Source: an uncultured Planctomycetota bacterium
GTDB lineage: Bacteria > Planctomycetota > PLA2 > JAEUHO01
Direction of reading: 5' to 3'
NCBI GenBank assembly: GCA_963752285.1
Contig: CAVVXN010000005.1
Span: forward strand, 928,001-992,000
Length of the DNA: 64,000 nt
This document shows positions 25,757 through 36,644 of this stretch, in pieces. How positions within the stretch are numbered: position 1 is the stretch's first letter; each line of letters opens with the position of its first letter. The notes beneath the pieces were generated by a model that saw only the letters and a program-made list of their open reading frames with translations, was not told where the DNA came from and did no database searches. The position numbers and the translations under genes are program-made.

Positions 25757-27796
25757 CTACCTCGGCTTCGCCCCCTCGGCGTAGCCCGCGCGCGCCGCCG
25801 CGAGCGCCTCCGGCTCGGCGGAGAGCGTCGCCACGAGGAGGTCCATCAGCGTGGCCTCGGCGCCGAGTCGCGCGTACGCCCGGGCGACCGCCCGCGCCAG
25901 GTCGGCACGCGCCGACAAGACGTCCGAGGGGTCCGCCCCGGGAACGGTCCCGACCCCAGGCTCCTTCAGGATCGGGACCACGACGTCCCTCTCGATCGCG
26001 GCGGCGACGTCGGTCCCCCCGCCGGCCCGGCCGAGCGCGTCCACCAGGGCGACCAGGGTCCGCGACGCGTCCCCGAACCGCCACGCGCGGAGCGCCGGGT
26101 CGTCGCCCGGCCGGCCAAGCGCGCGGGCCGCCTCGTCGAGGGCCTCCAGAAGGTCGGACCGCGCGCCTGCCGCCCCGAGCCGCGCCAGCGCCCGTGCCGC
26201 CTCGCGCCGGAGCGGGGCGTCGGCGGCGGCGCGCACGAGGTCTGCGAGCGGTCCGACGTCGTCCTCGTTCCCGCGGCGCCCGAGCCAGAACGCGGCCCAC
26301 CGCCGCGCCGTCGCGGGCGCGTCGCGGTCCGTGAGCACCCCGCGCACGCGCGGTCCCGCGGACGGGTCGTCGAGGAGACGGCGGGCGGCCGCCTCCGCGT
26401 CGGGCCCGCCCGCCGCGAGCACGGCCACGAGCCCGCCCGTGTCGAGGTCGGGGGCCAGCATGTCGCCCCACGCCGCGCGCGGGTCGCCGAGCCGCTGGAC
26501 CTCGGGGTCGTCCACCGGCCGCCCGAACGACGCGTCGGGCCAGGCCGAGGCGGCGTTCGAGCGCCGCCGCTGGCCGGCGAGGAAGTGGTACGCGTCCCGC
26601 TCCGCGGCCGCGGGCAGCCCGCGCCCCGCCGAGGAGAGCTCGGCGTACACGAAGTCCCCCTCCCGCCGGACGAGCCGGTCGGCGACCTCCCGGGCGCGCA
26701 CGAGACCGGCCCGCTCGTCGGCCGCGCCCTCGTAGAGCCAGACGCCGAGGCCCGAGGTCACGAGCGCGCCGACGGGTCGCGGGTCGCCGGGCCCGGCGGC
26801 CGCGACGCCGGCGAGGGAACGGCCGAGCGTCCGGGCCGCGTCGAGCGCCGCGTCGGCGCCGTCGCCTTCGCCGACGAGGTACACGCGGTCGAGGTCCACG
26901 TCGAACCGCAGGCGCACGTCCTCGATCACGGCCGCCACGAGACCGCGCGCGTCGCGCCAGCCGTCCGGCGGCGCCTGGACGGCCGCGAGCAGCCAGCCGC
27001 GGGCCGCGGCGCCCCCGTGGAACAGCTCCCACGCGTCTTGTGCCGTGCCGGTCACCGGCCCCGTCGCGGGCGCCCCGCCGTGGAGCGCGACGACGAGCGG
27101 GACGGGGTGCAGCGGGTCGTAGGCCGCGGGGACGTCGAGGACGTACCCGACGCCGCCCGCCCGCCCCTTCTCGGGGGCCCGCTCGGCGTCGCGGCGCCCG
27201 ACCGCCTCCGTGAGACTTCGTGCCGCCCGTTCGAGGAACGCCCGCCGGTCCGCGACCCCGAGGGCGCGCGCCGCGTCGGCCCGTTCGACGGCGCTCTCCA
27301 TCCGGACCAGCCGGTGGAGCGCGCGCTCGAGCGCCGGGTCGAGCGAGGGGATCTCGCCTCGGAGCGCCAGGAACGCCTCGCGCCCCCCCACGACCGCCAG
27401 CGCGTCGGGGTCGTCGGGCGCGACGCGAAGGATCTCCGCGGCGAGCCGGCGCGCCTCGGGTCGCGCGTGCCGGCGGACGGCGGGGGCGAGGAGGTCCTTC
27501 CGCGCCGCCACGTCGTTCGGGTCGAGCTCCAGGAAGGCGCGCGCGAGCGCCGAGGGCCCGCGGTCGGGTCGGACCTCGGCCACCTCGGCCGCCGGCACCT
27601 CGACGACGCCGTACGTCATCTCGTCGAGCGTCGAGCCGTAGGGGTTCACGAGGACCACGGCGTCCGCCTTCCGGACGGTGCCCTCCAGGGTCTTGCCGTG
27701 GCGGCGAACGACCTCGTCCGCCCGCGCCGCCGAGGCGGCGAGCAGGGCGGCGGCGATCCCGACGCGAACGCGGAGCTCGAGCCGCCGCCGGGTCAC
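25757..27796 (-). CDS. Secreted alpha/beta-hydrolase-like plus HEAT-repeat protein
   Basis: VPAAYDP..PVPLVVALHGG, VD.DRVYLVGEGDG, HEAT-like LRREAARALARLG; GTGA overlap with lgt. Confidence 0.65.
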   Translation of the reverse strand: MTRRRLELRVRVGIAAALLAASAARADEVVRRHGKTLEGTVRKADAVVLVNPYGSTLDEMTYGVVEVPAAEVAEVRPDRGPSALARAFLELDPNDVAARKDLLAPAVRRHARPEARRLAAEILRVAPDDPDALAVVGGREAFLALRGEIPSLDPALERALHRLVRMESAVERADAARALGVADRRAFLERAARSLTEAVGRRDAERAPEKGRAGGVGYVLDVPAAYDPLHPVPLVVALHGGAPATGPVTGTAQDAWELFHGGAAARGWLLAAVQAPPDGWRDARGLVAAVIEDVRLRFDVDLDRVYLVGEGDGADAALDAARTLGRSLAGVAAAGPGDPRPVGALVTSGLGVWLYEGAADERAGLVRAREVADRLVRREGDFVYAELSSAGRGLPAAAERDAYHFLAGQRRRSNAASAWPDASFGRPVDDPEVQRLGDPRAAWGDMLAPDLDTGGLVAVLAAGGPDAEAAARRLLDDPSAGPRVRGVLTDRDAPATARRWAAFWLGRRGNEDDVGPLADLVRAAADAPLRREAARALARLGAAGARSDLLEALDEAARALGRPGDDPALRAWRFGDASRTLVALVDALGRAGGGTDVAAAIERDVVVPILKEPGVGTVPGADPSDVLSARADLARAVARAYARLGAEATLMDLLVATLSAEPEALAAARAGYAEGAKPR

Positions 27797-28689
27797 GCCG
27801 CCGACCGTCTCCGCTGGCGCGCGGCCTTCAAGCCGCACGCGACGAACGTCGCCACGCCCGCCAGGATCATGACGGAGGACAGCACCTGCCCCTGCGTGAA
27901 CGTGCCGAGGAACACGTAGCCCATGTCCGCGTCGGGTCGGCGGAGGAACTCCAGGACGAAGCGGATGATCCCATAGCCCACGAGGAAGCTCGCGGCCACA
28001 CGGCCCCCGCCCAGGCCCTTCCTGAGCATCAGCCAGCGGAGAACGAAGAACAGCAGCACGCCCTCGCCGAGCGCCTCGTAGAGCTGGCTCGGGTGGACGA
28101 GCTGCGTGAAGAGCCTCGGATCGTGCGGATTCTGCGCGTACACGGCGCGCCACGCCTCGGGACCGCTGAAGCCGTTCTCGGTGTACTCGGGGAAACGCAT
28201 GGCCCAGGGCCCGTTCCACGGACGGCCCGGGAGCTCCGCGTTGATGAAGTTCGCGAGGCGGACGCAGAGGATGCCGAGAGGCGTGGCGAGCGTCAGCCCG
28301 TCGAAGAACGACCCGCGCGGGAGCCTCCGAACGCCCGTGTAGATCCAGTACGCGACGATGACGCCGATCAGGCCGCCGTGGAACGACATCCCGCCCTTCC
28401 AGACGGTCACCGCGTCCCAGAACGTCTGCACGCTCCCGCCGGGGATCCCGTAGAAGAGGACCCAACCGATCCGCCCTCCGAAGAACACGCCGAGGATGCC
28501 CCAGAACAGCACGTCGGCCACCCGCTCCGGGGCGACGGGCCACCGTCCGCGCCGCGCGAGGTTCCGGAGGACCAGGTACGCGAGCACGAACGCGAGGATG
28601 TAGGAGACTCCGTACCAGCGGACCGTGACCGGTCCGAGCTTCACGATGTCGGGGTCGATGCGCGGATAGGGGATCTCGGCGAGCGTCAC
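27793..28689 (-). CDS. lgt: Prolipoprotein diacylglyceryl transferase
   Basis: VRWYG, GGRIGWVLFY, GGMSFHGG, RLANFINAEL.GR, HPSQLYE, RFVLEFLR.PD. Confidence 0.96.
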   Translation of the reverse strand: MTLAEIPYPRIDPDIVKLGPVTVRWYGVSYILAFVLAYLVLRNLARRGRWPVAPERVADVLFWGILGVFFGGRIGWVLFYGIPGGSVQTFWDAVTVWKGGMSFHGGLIGVIVAYWIYTGVRRLPRGSFFDGLTLATPLGILCVRLANFINAELPGRPWNGPWAMRFPEYTENGFSGPEAWRAVYAQNPHDPRLFTQLVHPSQLYEALGEGVLLFFVLRWLMLRKGLGGGRVAASFLVGYGIIRFVLEFLRRPDADMGYVFLGTFTQGQVLSSVMILAGVATFVACGLKAARQRRRSAA

Positions 28690-29915
28690 CGGTTGCCTCC
28701 GGGCTCGGGGAGGGAGGAGAGTACGAGACGGGCGTGGCGTCGGCGCCCCACGCGGAGGATCTCGCCACCGCGGAGCTCGAGGCGACCCTGCCAGTCCGCG
28801 AGCGCGGTCTCGTCCACGCGTACGCCGCCCTGCTCCACCAGGCGCCGCGCCTCGCCCGTGCTCGCGACGAACCCGCAGCGCTTCAGGAGGTCCACGACCC
28901 ACCAGCGGCCGTCGTCTCCCGGCGGCCCCGCGGCGACGTCGGGGATGTCGGTCGGGAGGTCGTGGCGGCTGAACACGCGGAGGAACTCCTCGCGCTCCCG
29001 CGCCGCGGCGTCCGGCCCGTGATAGCGACGGACGAGCGCCCCGGCCATCTCGAGCTTGGCGTCGCGCGGGTTCGGGAGGGAGAGGAGGCGTTCGACCTCG
29101 GGGTCCGGGAGGTCGGTCGCGAGCCGGAGGTACTTTCCGAGCAGCGCGTCGGAGACGCGCATGGCCATGCCGAACTGATCCTTCGGCGCGTCGAGCACGC
29201 CGATCGAGTTGCCGAGGCTCTTCGACATCTTGGCCTGACCGTCCGTGCCCTCGAGGAGAGGTGTCAGGAGGTTCACCTGCGGCCGCAGGCCCTCCTGCAC
29301 CATGAAGCGGCGCGCCACCATGAGGTTGAAGGTCTGGTCCTGGCCCCCCAGCTCGACGTCCGCGCGGACCGCCACCGAGTCCCACGCCTGCATCAGACAG
29401 TAGAGGAACTCCCGCACCGAGATGGGTTCGCTCGCCCTCCATCGGTCCTGGAACGAGTCCCGCTCCATCATCTGCTGGACCGTCATGCGGTCGGCCAGGC
29501 CGAGGACGTCGAGGAACGACATCTTCGAGAACCACTCGCTGTTGCGACGGATCTCGACGCCGTCGAGGTCGAGGATCCTCCCGATCTGGTCGCGGTAGGT
29601 CGCGAGGTTCGCCTCGATCTGCTCGGGCCCGAGCATCGGTCGCGTCTTGTCCTTGCCCGACGGGTCCCCGACCGTCGCCGTGTAGTCGCCGAGGATCAGG
29701 ACCGGTTGGTGGCCGCGTTCCTGGAACCGGCGGAGGATCCAGAGCTGGATGGCGTTCCCGACGTGCACCGTCGGGGACGTGGGGTCGATGCCCAGCTTCA
29801 GCCGGAGCGGACGCCCGGAGAGGAGGCGCTCCACGAGGTCCGCCTCGGGCACGACGGTCTCGACGGTCCGCGCCTGGACGCCGAGCGCTTCGACCAGCCG
29901 CGGATCGAGCGTCAT
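28686..29915 (-). CDS. tyrS: Tyrosine--tRNA ligase
   Basis: KLGIDPTS..HVGN, VGDPSGK, ELGGQDQTFN, KMSKSLGN, C-terminal S4 domain. Confidence 0.96.
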   Translation of the reverse strand: MTLDPRLVEALGVQARTVETVVPEADLVERLLSGRPLRLKLGIDPTSPTVHVGNAIQLWILRRFQERGHQPVLILGDYTATVGDPSGKDKTRPMLGPEQIEANLATYRDQIGRILDLDGVEIRRNSEWFSKMSFLDVLGLADRMTVQQMMERDSFQDRWRASEPISVREFLYCLMQAWDSVAVRADVELGGQDQTFNLMVARRFMVQEGLRPQVNLLTPLLEGTDGQAKMSKSLGNSIGVLDAPKDQFGMAMRVSDALLGKYLRLATDLPDPEVERLLSLPNPRDAKLEMAGALVRRYHGPDAAAREREEFLRVFSRHDLPTDIPDVAAGPPGDDGRWWVVDLLKRCGFVASTGEARRLVEQGGVRVDETALADWQGRLELRGGEILRVGRRRHARLVLSSLPEPGGNR

Positions 29916-31153
29916 CGCCCCTCCGCCACGCGCGCCGGCACCGTCCGGCCCTCGGACTCGGCGCGTTGCCACCAGTCGCGCCACAGACGCGCGTCGGGCA
30001 TGACCCGCGTGTCCGCGATGCGCGCGAGCGCGTCCATCAGCGCGTCCGACCGATCGGGGTGGAGGTCGAGCGCGGCCAGGAACGGGTCCGCGAGGGGCGC
30101 CGCGGGACGTCCCGCTGCGCGCTCGAGGAGGAGGTCGAGCGCGCCGAGCGCCGCCGTGCGCAGCACCGGGTCGCCCTCGGCGAGGGCGCGGGCCACCACG
30201 CGGCACGCGTCGGCGACGCGATTCGGTCCCACGAACTCCGCCGCCACGAGGATGTGCGTCGGCGCCACCGCCGTGACCGCGGTCTCCATCGACGCCAGCG
30301 GGTCCCGCGTGAGCGGCTCGTAGCCGTCCGGAACCACGACGACCCGTGCCGGACGGAGGGGGAGCGCGAGCGGCGTCGGCGGGCCGTCGCCCACGCGGAC
30401 GGAGCCCCGAAGCGTTCCCGAGAGGTCGAGCACGCGCACGCCCTGGATCGCCGCTCCGACGTCCGCCGCCGGCACCCGAACGGTCTCGTGGAACACGCCG
30501 CCGGCCGGGAGCCGGACCGGCGCGCGCTCGTCCTTCTGCAGGCCGACCGTCTGGGTCCAGCTCCGCCCGAGCCGCGCCGCGTAGATGTCGTGGTCCTGCC
30601 GCGCGACCTGGAGGGCGAGCGCCGGCGGGCTCTCGCCCGCCTCCGTGCTCATCGTGACCGGTCGTCCCGACACGTTGCGCACCTCGATCTCGAACTCGAC
30701 ATCGGACCCGAAGGTCACGTAGTCGAGGCGCCCCCGCGCGTCCGCGCGGAGCAGAGTCGCCTGGAGCCGTCGCACCGCGAGCGTCCGACGGAGATCCTGG
30801 AACACCGAGACCCAGTGCTCGGGCAGCGGCGGCTTCATCGCGAGCGTCTGGCGGATCACCTCGAGGGCCTCGTCGTCGAACCCCCCCGCCGCGTAGCCCT
30901 CCGCGAGCCTCCGCTTCTCTTCCAGGCCCCGGTCGGCCTCGTCCACGGGGCTCGGGTCCTTGACGCTCCCGCCCGTCGCGCCCGGCTTCGCGCCGGCCCG
31001 GGGGAACACGATCGGCGCGAAGGACGGCGCGACCGGGCCCTTCGGGTCCGGCGCGTCCGCCGTCTGCGGGGGCCGCGCGCAAGCCGAGGCGCCCGCGACG
31101 GCGGTCAGGACGAGGAGGACCGCGGGCCAGGGATCGAGGGAGGTCCGGCGCAT
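29912..31153 (-). CDS. Putative lipoprotein with Ig-like and HEAT-like segments
   Basis: Lipobox-like AGASAC after a hydrophobic stretch; ends with WRDWW; ATGA overlap with tyrS. Confidence 0.65.
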   Translation of the reverse strand: MRRTSLDPWPAVLLVLTAVAGASACARPPQTADAPDPKGPVAPSFAPIVFPRAGAKPGATGGSVKDPSPVDEADRGLEEKRRLAEGYAAGGFDDEALEVIRQTLAMKPPLPEHWVSVFQDLRRTLAVRRLQATLLRADARGRLDYVTFGSDVEFEIEVRNVSGRPVTMSTEAGESPPALALQVARQDHDIYAARLGRSWTQTVGLQKDERAPVRLPAGGVFHETVRVPAADVGAAIQGVRVLDLSGTLRGSVRVGDGPPTPLALPLRPARVVVVPDGYEPLTRDPLASMETAVTAVAPTHILVAAEFVGPNRVADACRVVARALAEGDPVLRTAALGALDLLLERAAGRPAAPLADPFLAALDLHPDRSDALMDALARIADTRVMPDARLWRDWWQRAESEGRTVPARVAEGR

Positions 31154-31200
31154 CCCGAAAGCCTCCCTCGTCCCGATCACCGGGCCGTCTCGCGCCTCGG

Positions 31201-33060
<1,860 letters not shown>

Positions 33061-33184
33061 GGGTCTCCGAGACGGGGGTCGCCGCGACCGCCCCGTGGCG
33101 GCGGCGAAGGCCTGGGGGTAGGAGGTCTTCTCGCCCGGGAGGGGTCCGTCCCCCCACCGGGCGCGTCGGCACCACCCCGTGTCC

Positions 33185-33880
33185 TCAGGCCGGCGGACTC
33201 GGGGGCGGCGCGACAGGAATCCTCGATCGTACATGGGCGAGGACCGCCGCGAGAACCTCGTCGGGGGTCATCCCGGTCGTGTCGAGACGGAAGGCGCCCT
33301 CCGCCGGGACCAGCGGCGCGACCGGCCGCTCCCGGTCCCGGCGGTCCCGGGCCTCGAGCGCGTCTCCGACGTCCCGAACGGCCGCGGGTTCCTCCGGGGC
33401 ACCGGGCCGTTCCTGCGCCAGCCGCCGTCTCGCCCGGACGGGGAGCCCCGCGTCGAGGAACACCTTCGCCACGGCGTCGGGGAAGACGACGGTCCCGATG
33501 TCGCGGCCCTCGACCACGGCCCGGCCGGCCCCGAGGGCCACCGCGCGCTGGATGCGCCCCACGATCGCGCGGACCGCCGGCGCGGCGGCCACCTCGGCGA
33601 CCCGGCTCGTGACGTCGCCCTCTCGGATCCGGCGCGTCACGTCCCGGCCGTCCAGGGTGACCACGCCCTCGTCGGACAGCTCGACGCGGATCGCCGAGGC
33701 GAGGCGCCCGAGGGCCGCCTCGTCCGCGGACGGGACCCCGCGCTCGAGGGCCGCGAGGGCCACGGCGCGGTAGAGGGCGCCCGAGTCCACGAAGCGCGCG
33801 CCGAGCGCCTCGGCGAGGCGACGGGCCAGGGTGGTCTTGCCGACGCCCGCCGGTCCGTCGATGGCCACCACCCAGCCCAA
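33185..33880 (-). CDS. cmk: Cytidylate kinase
   Basis: AIDGPAGVGKTT, DSGALYRAVA, VEGRDIGTVVFPDA, RDRRD..R..APL; upstream of rpsA. Confidence 0.95.
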   Translation of the reverse strand: MGWVVAIDGPAGVGKTTLARRLAEALGARFVDSGALYRAVALAALERGVPSADEAALGRLASAIRVELSDEGVVTLDGRDVTRRIREGDVTSRVAEVAAAPAVRAIVGRIQRAVALGAGRAVVEGRDIGTVVFPDAVAKVFLDAGLPVRARRRLAQERPGAPEEPAAVRDVGDALEARDRRDRERPVAPLVPAEGAFRLDTTGMTPDEVLAAVLAHVRSRIPVAPPPSPPA

Positions 33881-33881
33881 C

Positions 33882-34877
33882 TCAGCCCGCCCGTGCGCGT
33901 TTCGCGAAGGCCCAGGCGTCCGCCACGATGCGGTCGAGGTCGCTCGCGACCGGCGTCCACCCGAGCTCGGCCCTGGCGCGGCGCGGCTCGGCGACGAGCG
34001 ACGGGGGGTCGCCCTGGCGCCGCGCGCCGCGCACGTGGGGCACCTCGCGGCCGGTCACGACCCGGACCGCGGCGAGGACCTCCGCGACGGACGCGCCACG
34101 GCCGGTCCCGAGGTTCCACGCGCCGCCGCTCCCCCCCGACTCGAGTCGGTCGAGCGCGAGCACGTGGGCGGTCGCCAGGTCCGAGACGTGGACGTAGTCG
34201 CGCACGCACGTGCCGTCCGGCGTTTCGTAGTCGTAGCCGAACACGGTGAGCGGGCCCTCGCCGAGCGCCGCCGAGAGCGCGAGCGGGATCAGGTGCGTCT
34301 CCGGGTCGTGACGCTCGCCCAGCCCGTGTTCGGGCTCCGCGCCCGCGGCGTTGAAGTACCGCAGGGCCGCCGTCGGGACACCCGTCGCGAAGAGCGCGTC
34401 CTCGCACGCGACCTTCGACCGGCCGTACGGGTTGATCGGACGGCGCGGGTGGTCCTCCGGGATCGGGACGCGCGCGGGGGTCCCGTACACGGCGCAGGTG
34501 GACGAGAACACGAACGCCCGCACGCCCTCCGCGGCCGCCACGCTCGCGAGCACCTCGGTCTTGCCGCGGTTCCAGCGGTCGTAGAGGTCCGGATCGCGCA
34601 TCGACTCGCCGACCAGCGCCTTCGCCGCGAAGTGCACGACCGCCCCCACGTCGTGGTCCCGGACGACCGAGCGGACCGTCTCCGCGTCCCCCACGTCTCC
34701 CGGAACGAACCGGCCCCACTGAAGGTGCTCCCGGTGCCCCGTGGACAGGTCGTCGAGCACGACCACGTCCCGGCCTTCCTCGACGAGCCGGCGCACGACC
34801 GGCGGCCCGACGTATCCGGCCCCGCCCGTGACGAGCACCCCGCGTCGGGACGAGCTCCGCGTGTCGCCGGGGCTCAT
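33882..34877 (-). CDS. galE: UDP-glucose 4-epimerase
   Basis: VTGGAGYVG, HFAA..VGES, FSSTCAVYG, YGRSK, LRYFNAAGA, DGTCVRDYVHV. Confidence 0.93.
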   Translation of the reverse strand: MSPGDTRSSSRRGVLVTGGAGYVGPPVVRRLVEEGRDVVVLDDLSTGHREHLQWGRFVPGDVGDAETVRSVVRDHDVGAVVHFAAKALVGESMRDPDLYDRWNRGKTEVLASVAAAEGVRAFVFSSTCAVYGTPARVPIPEDHPRRPINPYGRSKVACEDALFATGVPTAALRYFNAAGAEPEHGLGERHDPETHLIPLALSAALGEGPLTVFGYDYETPDGTCVRDYVHVSDLATAHVLALDRLESGGSGGAWNLGTGRGASVAEVLAAVRVVTGREVPHVRGARRQGDPPSLVAEPRRARAELGWTPVASDLDRIVADAWAFAKRARAG

Positions 34878-36622
34878 CCGCCTCCGCCGGTCCGGGCGTC
34901 CCGAAGCGCCTTCACCCAGGCGTCCCACCACGTCTTCACGGCGCCGCGCATCCGGGGCAGGGTGTCGTCCTTCGCCAGATCGTCGTCCGCGATGCGCGGG
35001 AACTTCGCCCAGATCGACGTGGCGGGCGCCTCGGGCCCCTCGCGCTCCGCCCGGTGACGCATCACGCGGTACGCCGCGCGCGCGATGTCGGGCGAGGTGT
35101 CCATCGCGTCCTCGATGAGGTAGATCTCGGGGTACTCCTCGCCCTGGGTGTCGAGGTCGAGGATGCCCTTCAGCCGCTGGTGGATCCCGTCCGGGGCGGC
35201 GAGCCAGACCTGCCACGCCGCGCGCATGGCGGCGACGTCGGGCGCGGCGACCCAGACGTCGGGCCCGCCGCGCTCGTCGAGGCGGCCCGTGATCCCGATG
35301 AGCGCGGCGCGGGCCGCGTTCATCTCCTTCGTCTGCCCGGCGTCGGGCGGGTCGCCGAGCTTCGGCCCGAGGAAGTATCCGAGCAGGTAGATCACGCCGG
35401 AGGGCGTCTTGATCTCGCCGAGGGTCTCCGCCGCGAGCACGCGCACGTCCACGTCCGGATCGAGGAGGCCGCGGGCCACGATCTGCGCGAGGGCCGGGTT
35501 CTCGAGCCGACCCATGATCCGGAGCAGCCACTTGCGGCACGTCGGGTCGGGCTCGATCTCGGGGATCACGCGGCGCACGAGCGCGGCCGGGACCATCGGG
35601 ATCTTCGCGTCGTAGTACTCCTGGAGCGCCGCGCGACGCCGGGACGCGTCGGAGGCGTCCTGGCAGCGCTCGACGAGCTCCGCGAACGGGTCGCGCTGCC
35701 AGGTCTCGTCGTCCGGCGTCGCGGGCGCCGGCTCGCCGGGACGCTCGCCGGCCTGGAGGCGCCTCAGGAAGTCCTCCCACGCCGCGCGGCGCGGGTCGTC
35801 CTTGGGGAGCAGCGGCAGCGCCCGATCGAGGGCGCTCTGGAGCCCCTTCCAGTCGTGGAGCGCGTAGTAGGCCGCGACGAGGTGCTCGGCCGGCCCGAGG
35901 TCCTTCGGCTGCAGGCGCGCGAGGCTCTCGAACTCGTGGACGGCCTCCTTCAGGTCGCCGGTCAGCTGCGCCGCGCAGGCGTACAGCCAGCGCACGCGGG
36001 GATCGTCCGGCTGCCGGCCGCGGAGGAGGCGGAGCTCGCTGAGCGCGCCCGTCCAGTCCTGCTTCTGCATCCGGAGGACCGCGATGTGGTACCGGATCTC
36101 GAGGTCGCCGGGGTTCGCCGCGAGCAGGCCCTCGAGCGCGCGGAGGGCGCCGTCCCAGTCCTTGGCCTTCGACTTCACGTCGGCGAGGAGCTTCAACGCC
36201 TCGGGCTCCCGCGGGCTGGCGGCGAGGACCGCGGCGAGGTCCTCCTCCGCGGCCGGGCCCTGGCCGCGTTCGTTCTCCAGGATCGCGAGTCGGAGCCGCG
36301 CGAACCAGAAGCGGGGCTCGAGGCGGAGGGCCTCCCTCAGGTGACGCTCGGCCTCTTTCGGGTCGCCGTCGTAGTAGAGGGCGCGACCGAGGAGGAAGTG
36401 GTTCAACGCGCTCGGCTGGCGGTCGAGGCGGCTCGCGTACGTGCCGACCACCTGTCGCGTCGTGCCCCGGCGGCGCGCGGTGTCGAGAAGCCGCGTCTCC
36501 TCCTCGATCTCCTGCCGCGCCTGGGTCTCCCAGGGCTCCTCGGCCCGCGCGGCGCGCGCGGGCCACGCGGCGAGGAGGAGACCGAGCAGGAGGACCGGCT
36601 GGAGACGACGGATCACGCGCAT
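34874..36622 (-). CDS. Secreted TPR + HEAT repeat protein
   Basis: Signal peptide, TPR helices, GLLDPDVDVRVLAAETLG. Confidence 0.75.
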   Translation of the reverse strand: MRVIRRLQPVLLLGLLLAAWPARAARAEEPWETQARQEIEEETRLLDTARRRGTTRQVVGTYASRLDRQPSALNHFLLGRALYYDGDPKEAERHLREALRLEPRFWFARLRLAILENERGQGPAAEEDLAAVLAASPREPEALKLLADVKSKAKDWDGALRALEGLLAANPGDLEIRYHIAVLRMQKQDWTGALSELRLLRGRQPDDPRVRWLYACAAQLTGDLKEAVHEFESLARLQPKDLGPAEHLVAAYYALHDWKGLQSALDRALPLLPKDDPRRAAWEDFLRRLQAGERPGEPAPATPDDETWQRDPFAELVERCQDASDASRRRAALQEYYDAKIPMVPAALVRRVIPEIEPDPTCRKWLLRIMGRLENPALAQIVARGLLDPDVDVRVLAAETLGEIKTPSGVIYLLGYFLGPKLGDPPDAGQTKEMNAARAALIGITGRLDERGGPDVWVAAPDVAAMRAAWQVWLAAPDGIHQRLKGILDLDTQGEEYPEIYLIEDAMDTSPDIARAAYRVMRHRAEREGPEAPATSIWAKFPRIADDDLAKDDTLPRMRGAVKTWWDAWVKALRDARTGGGG

Positions 36623-36644
36623 GGTCCCACCCTCGCGTCGAGCC

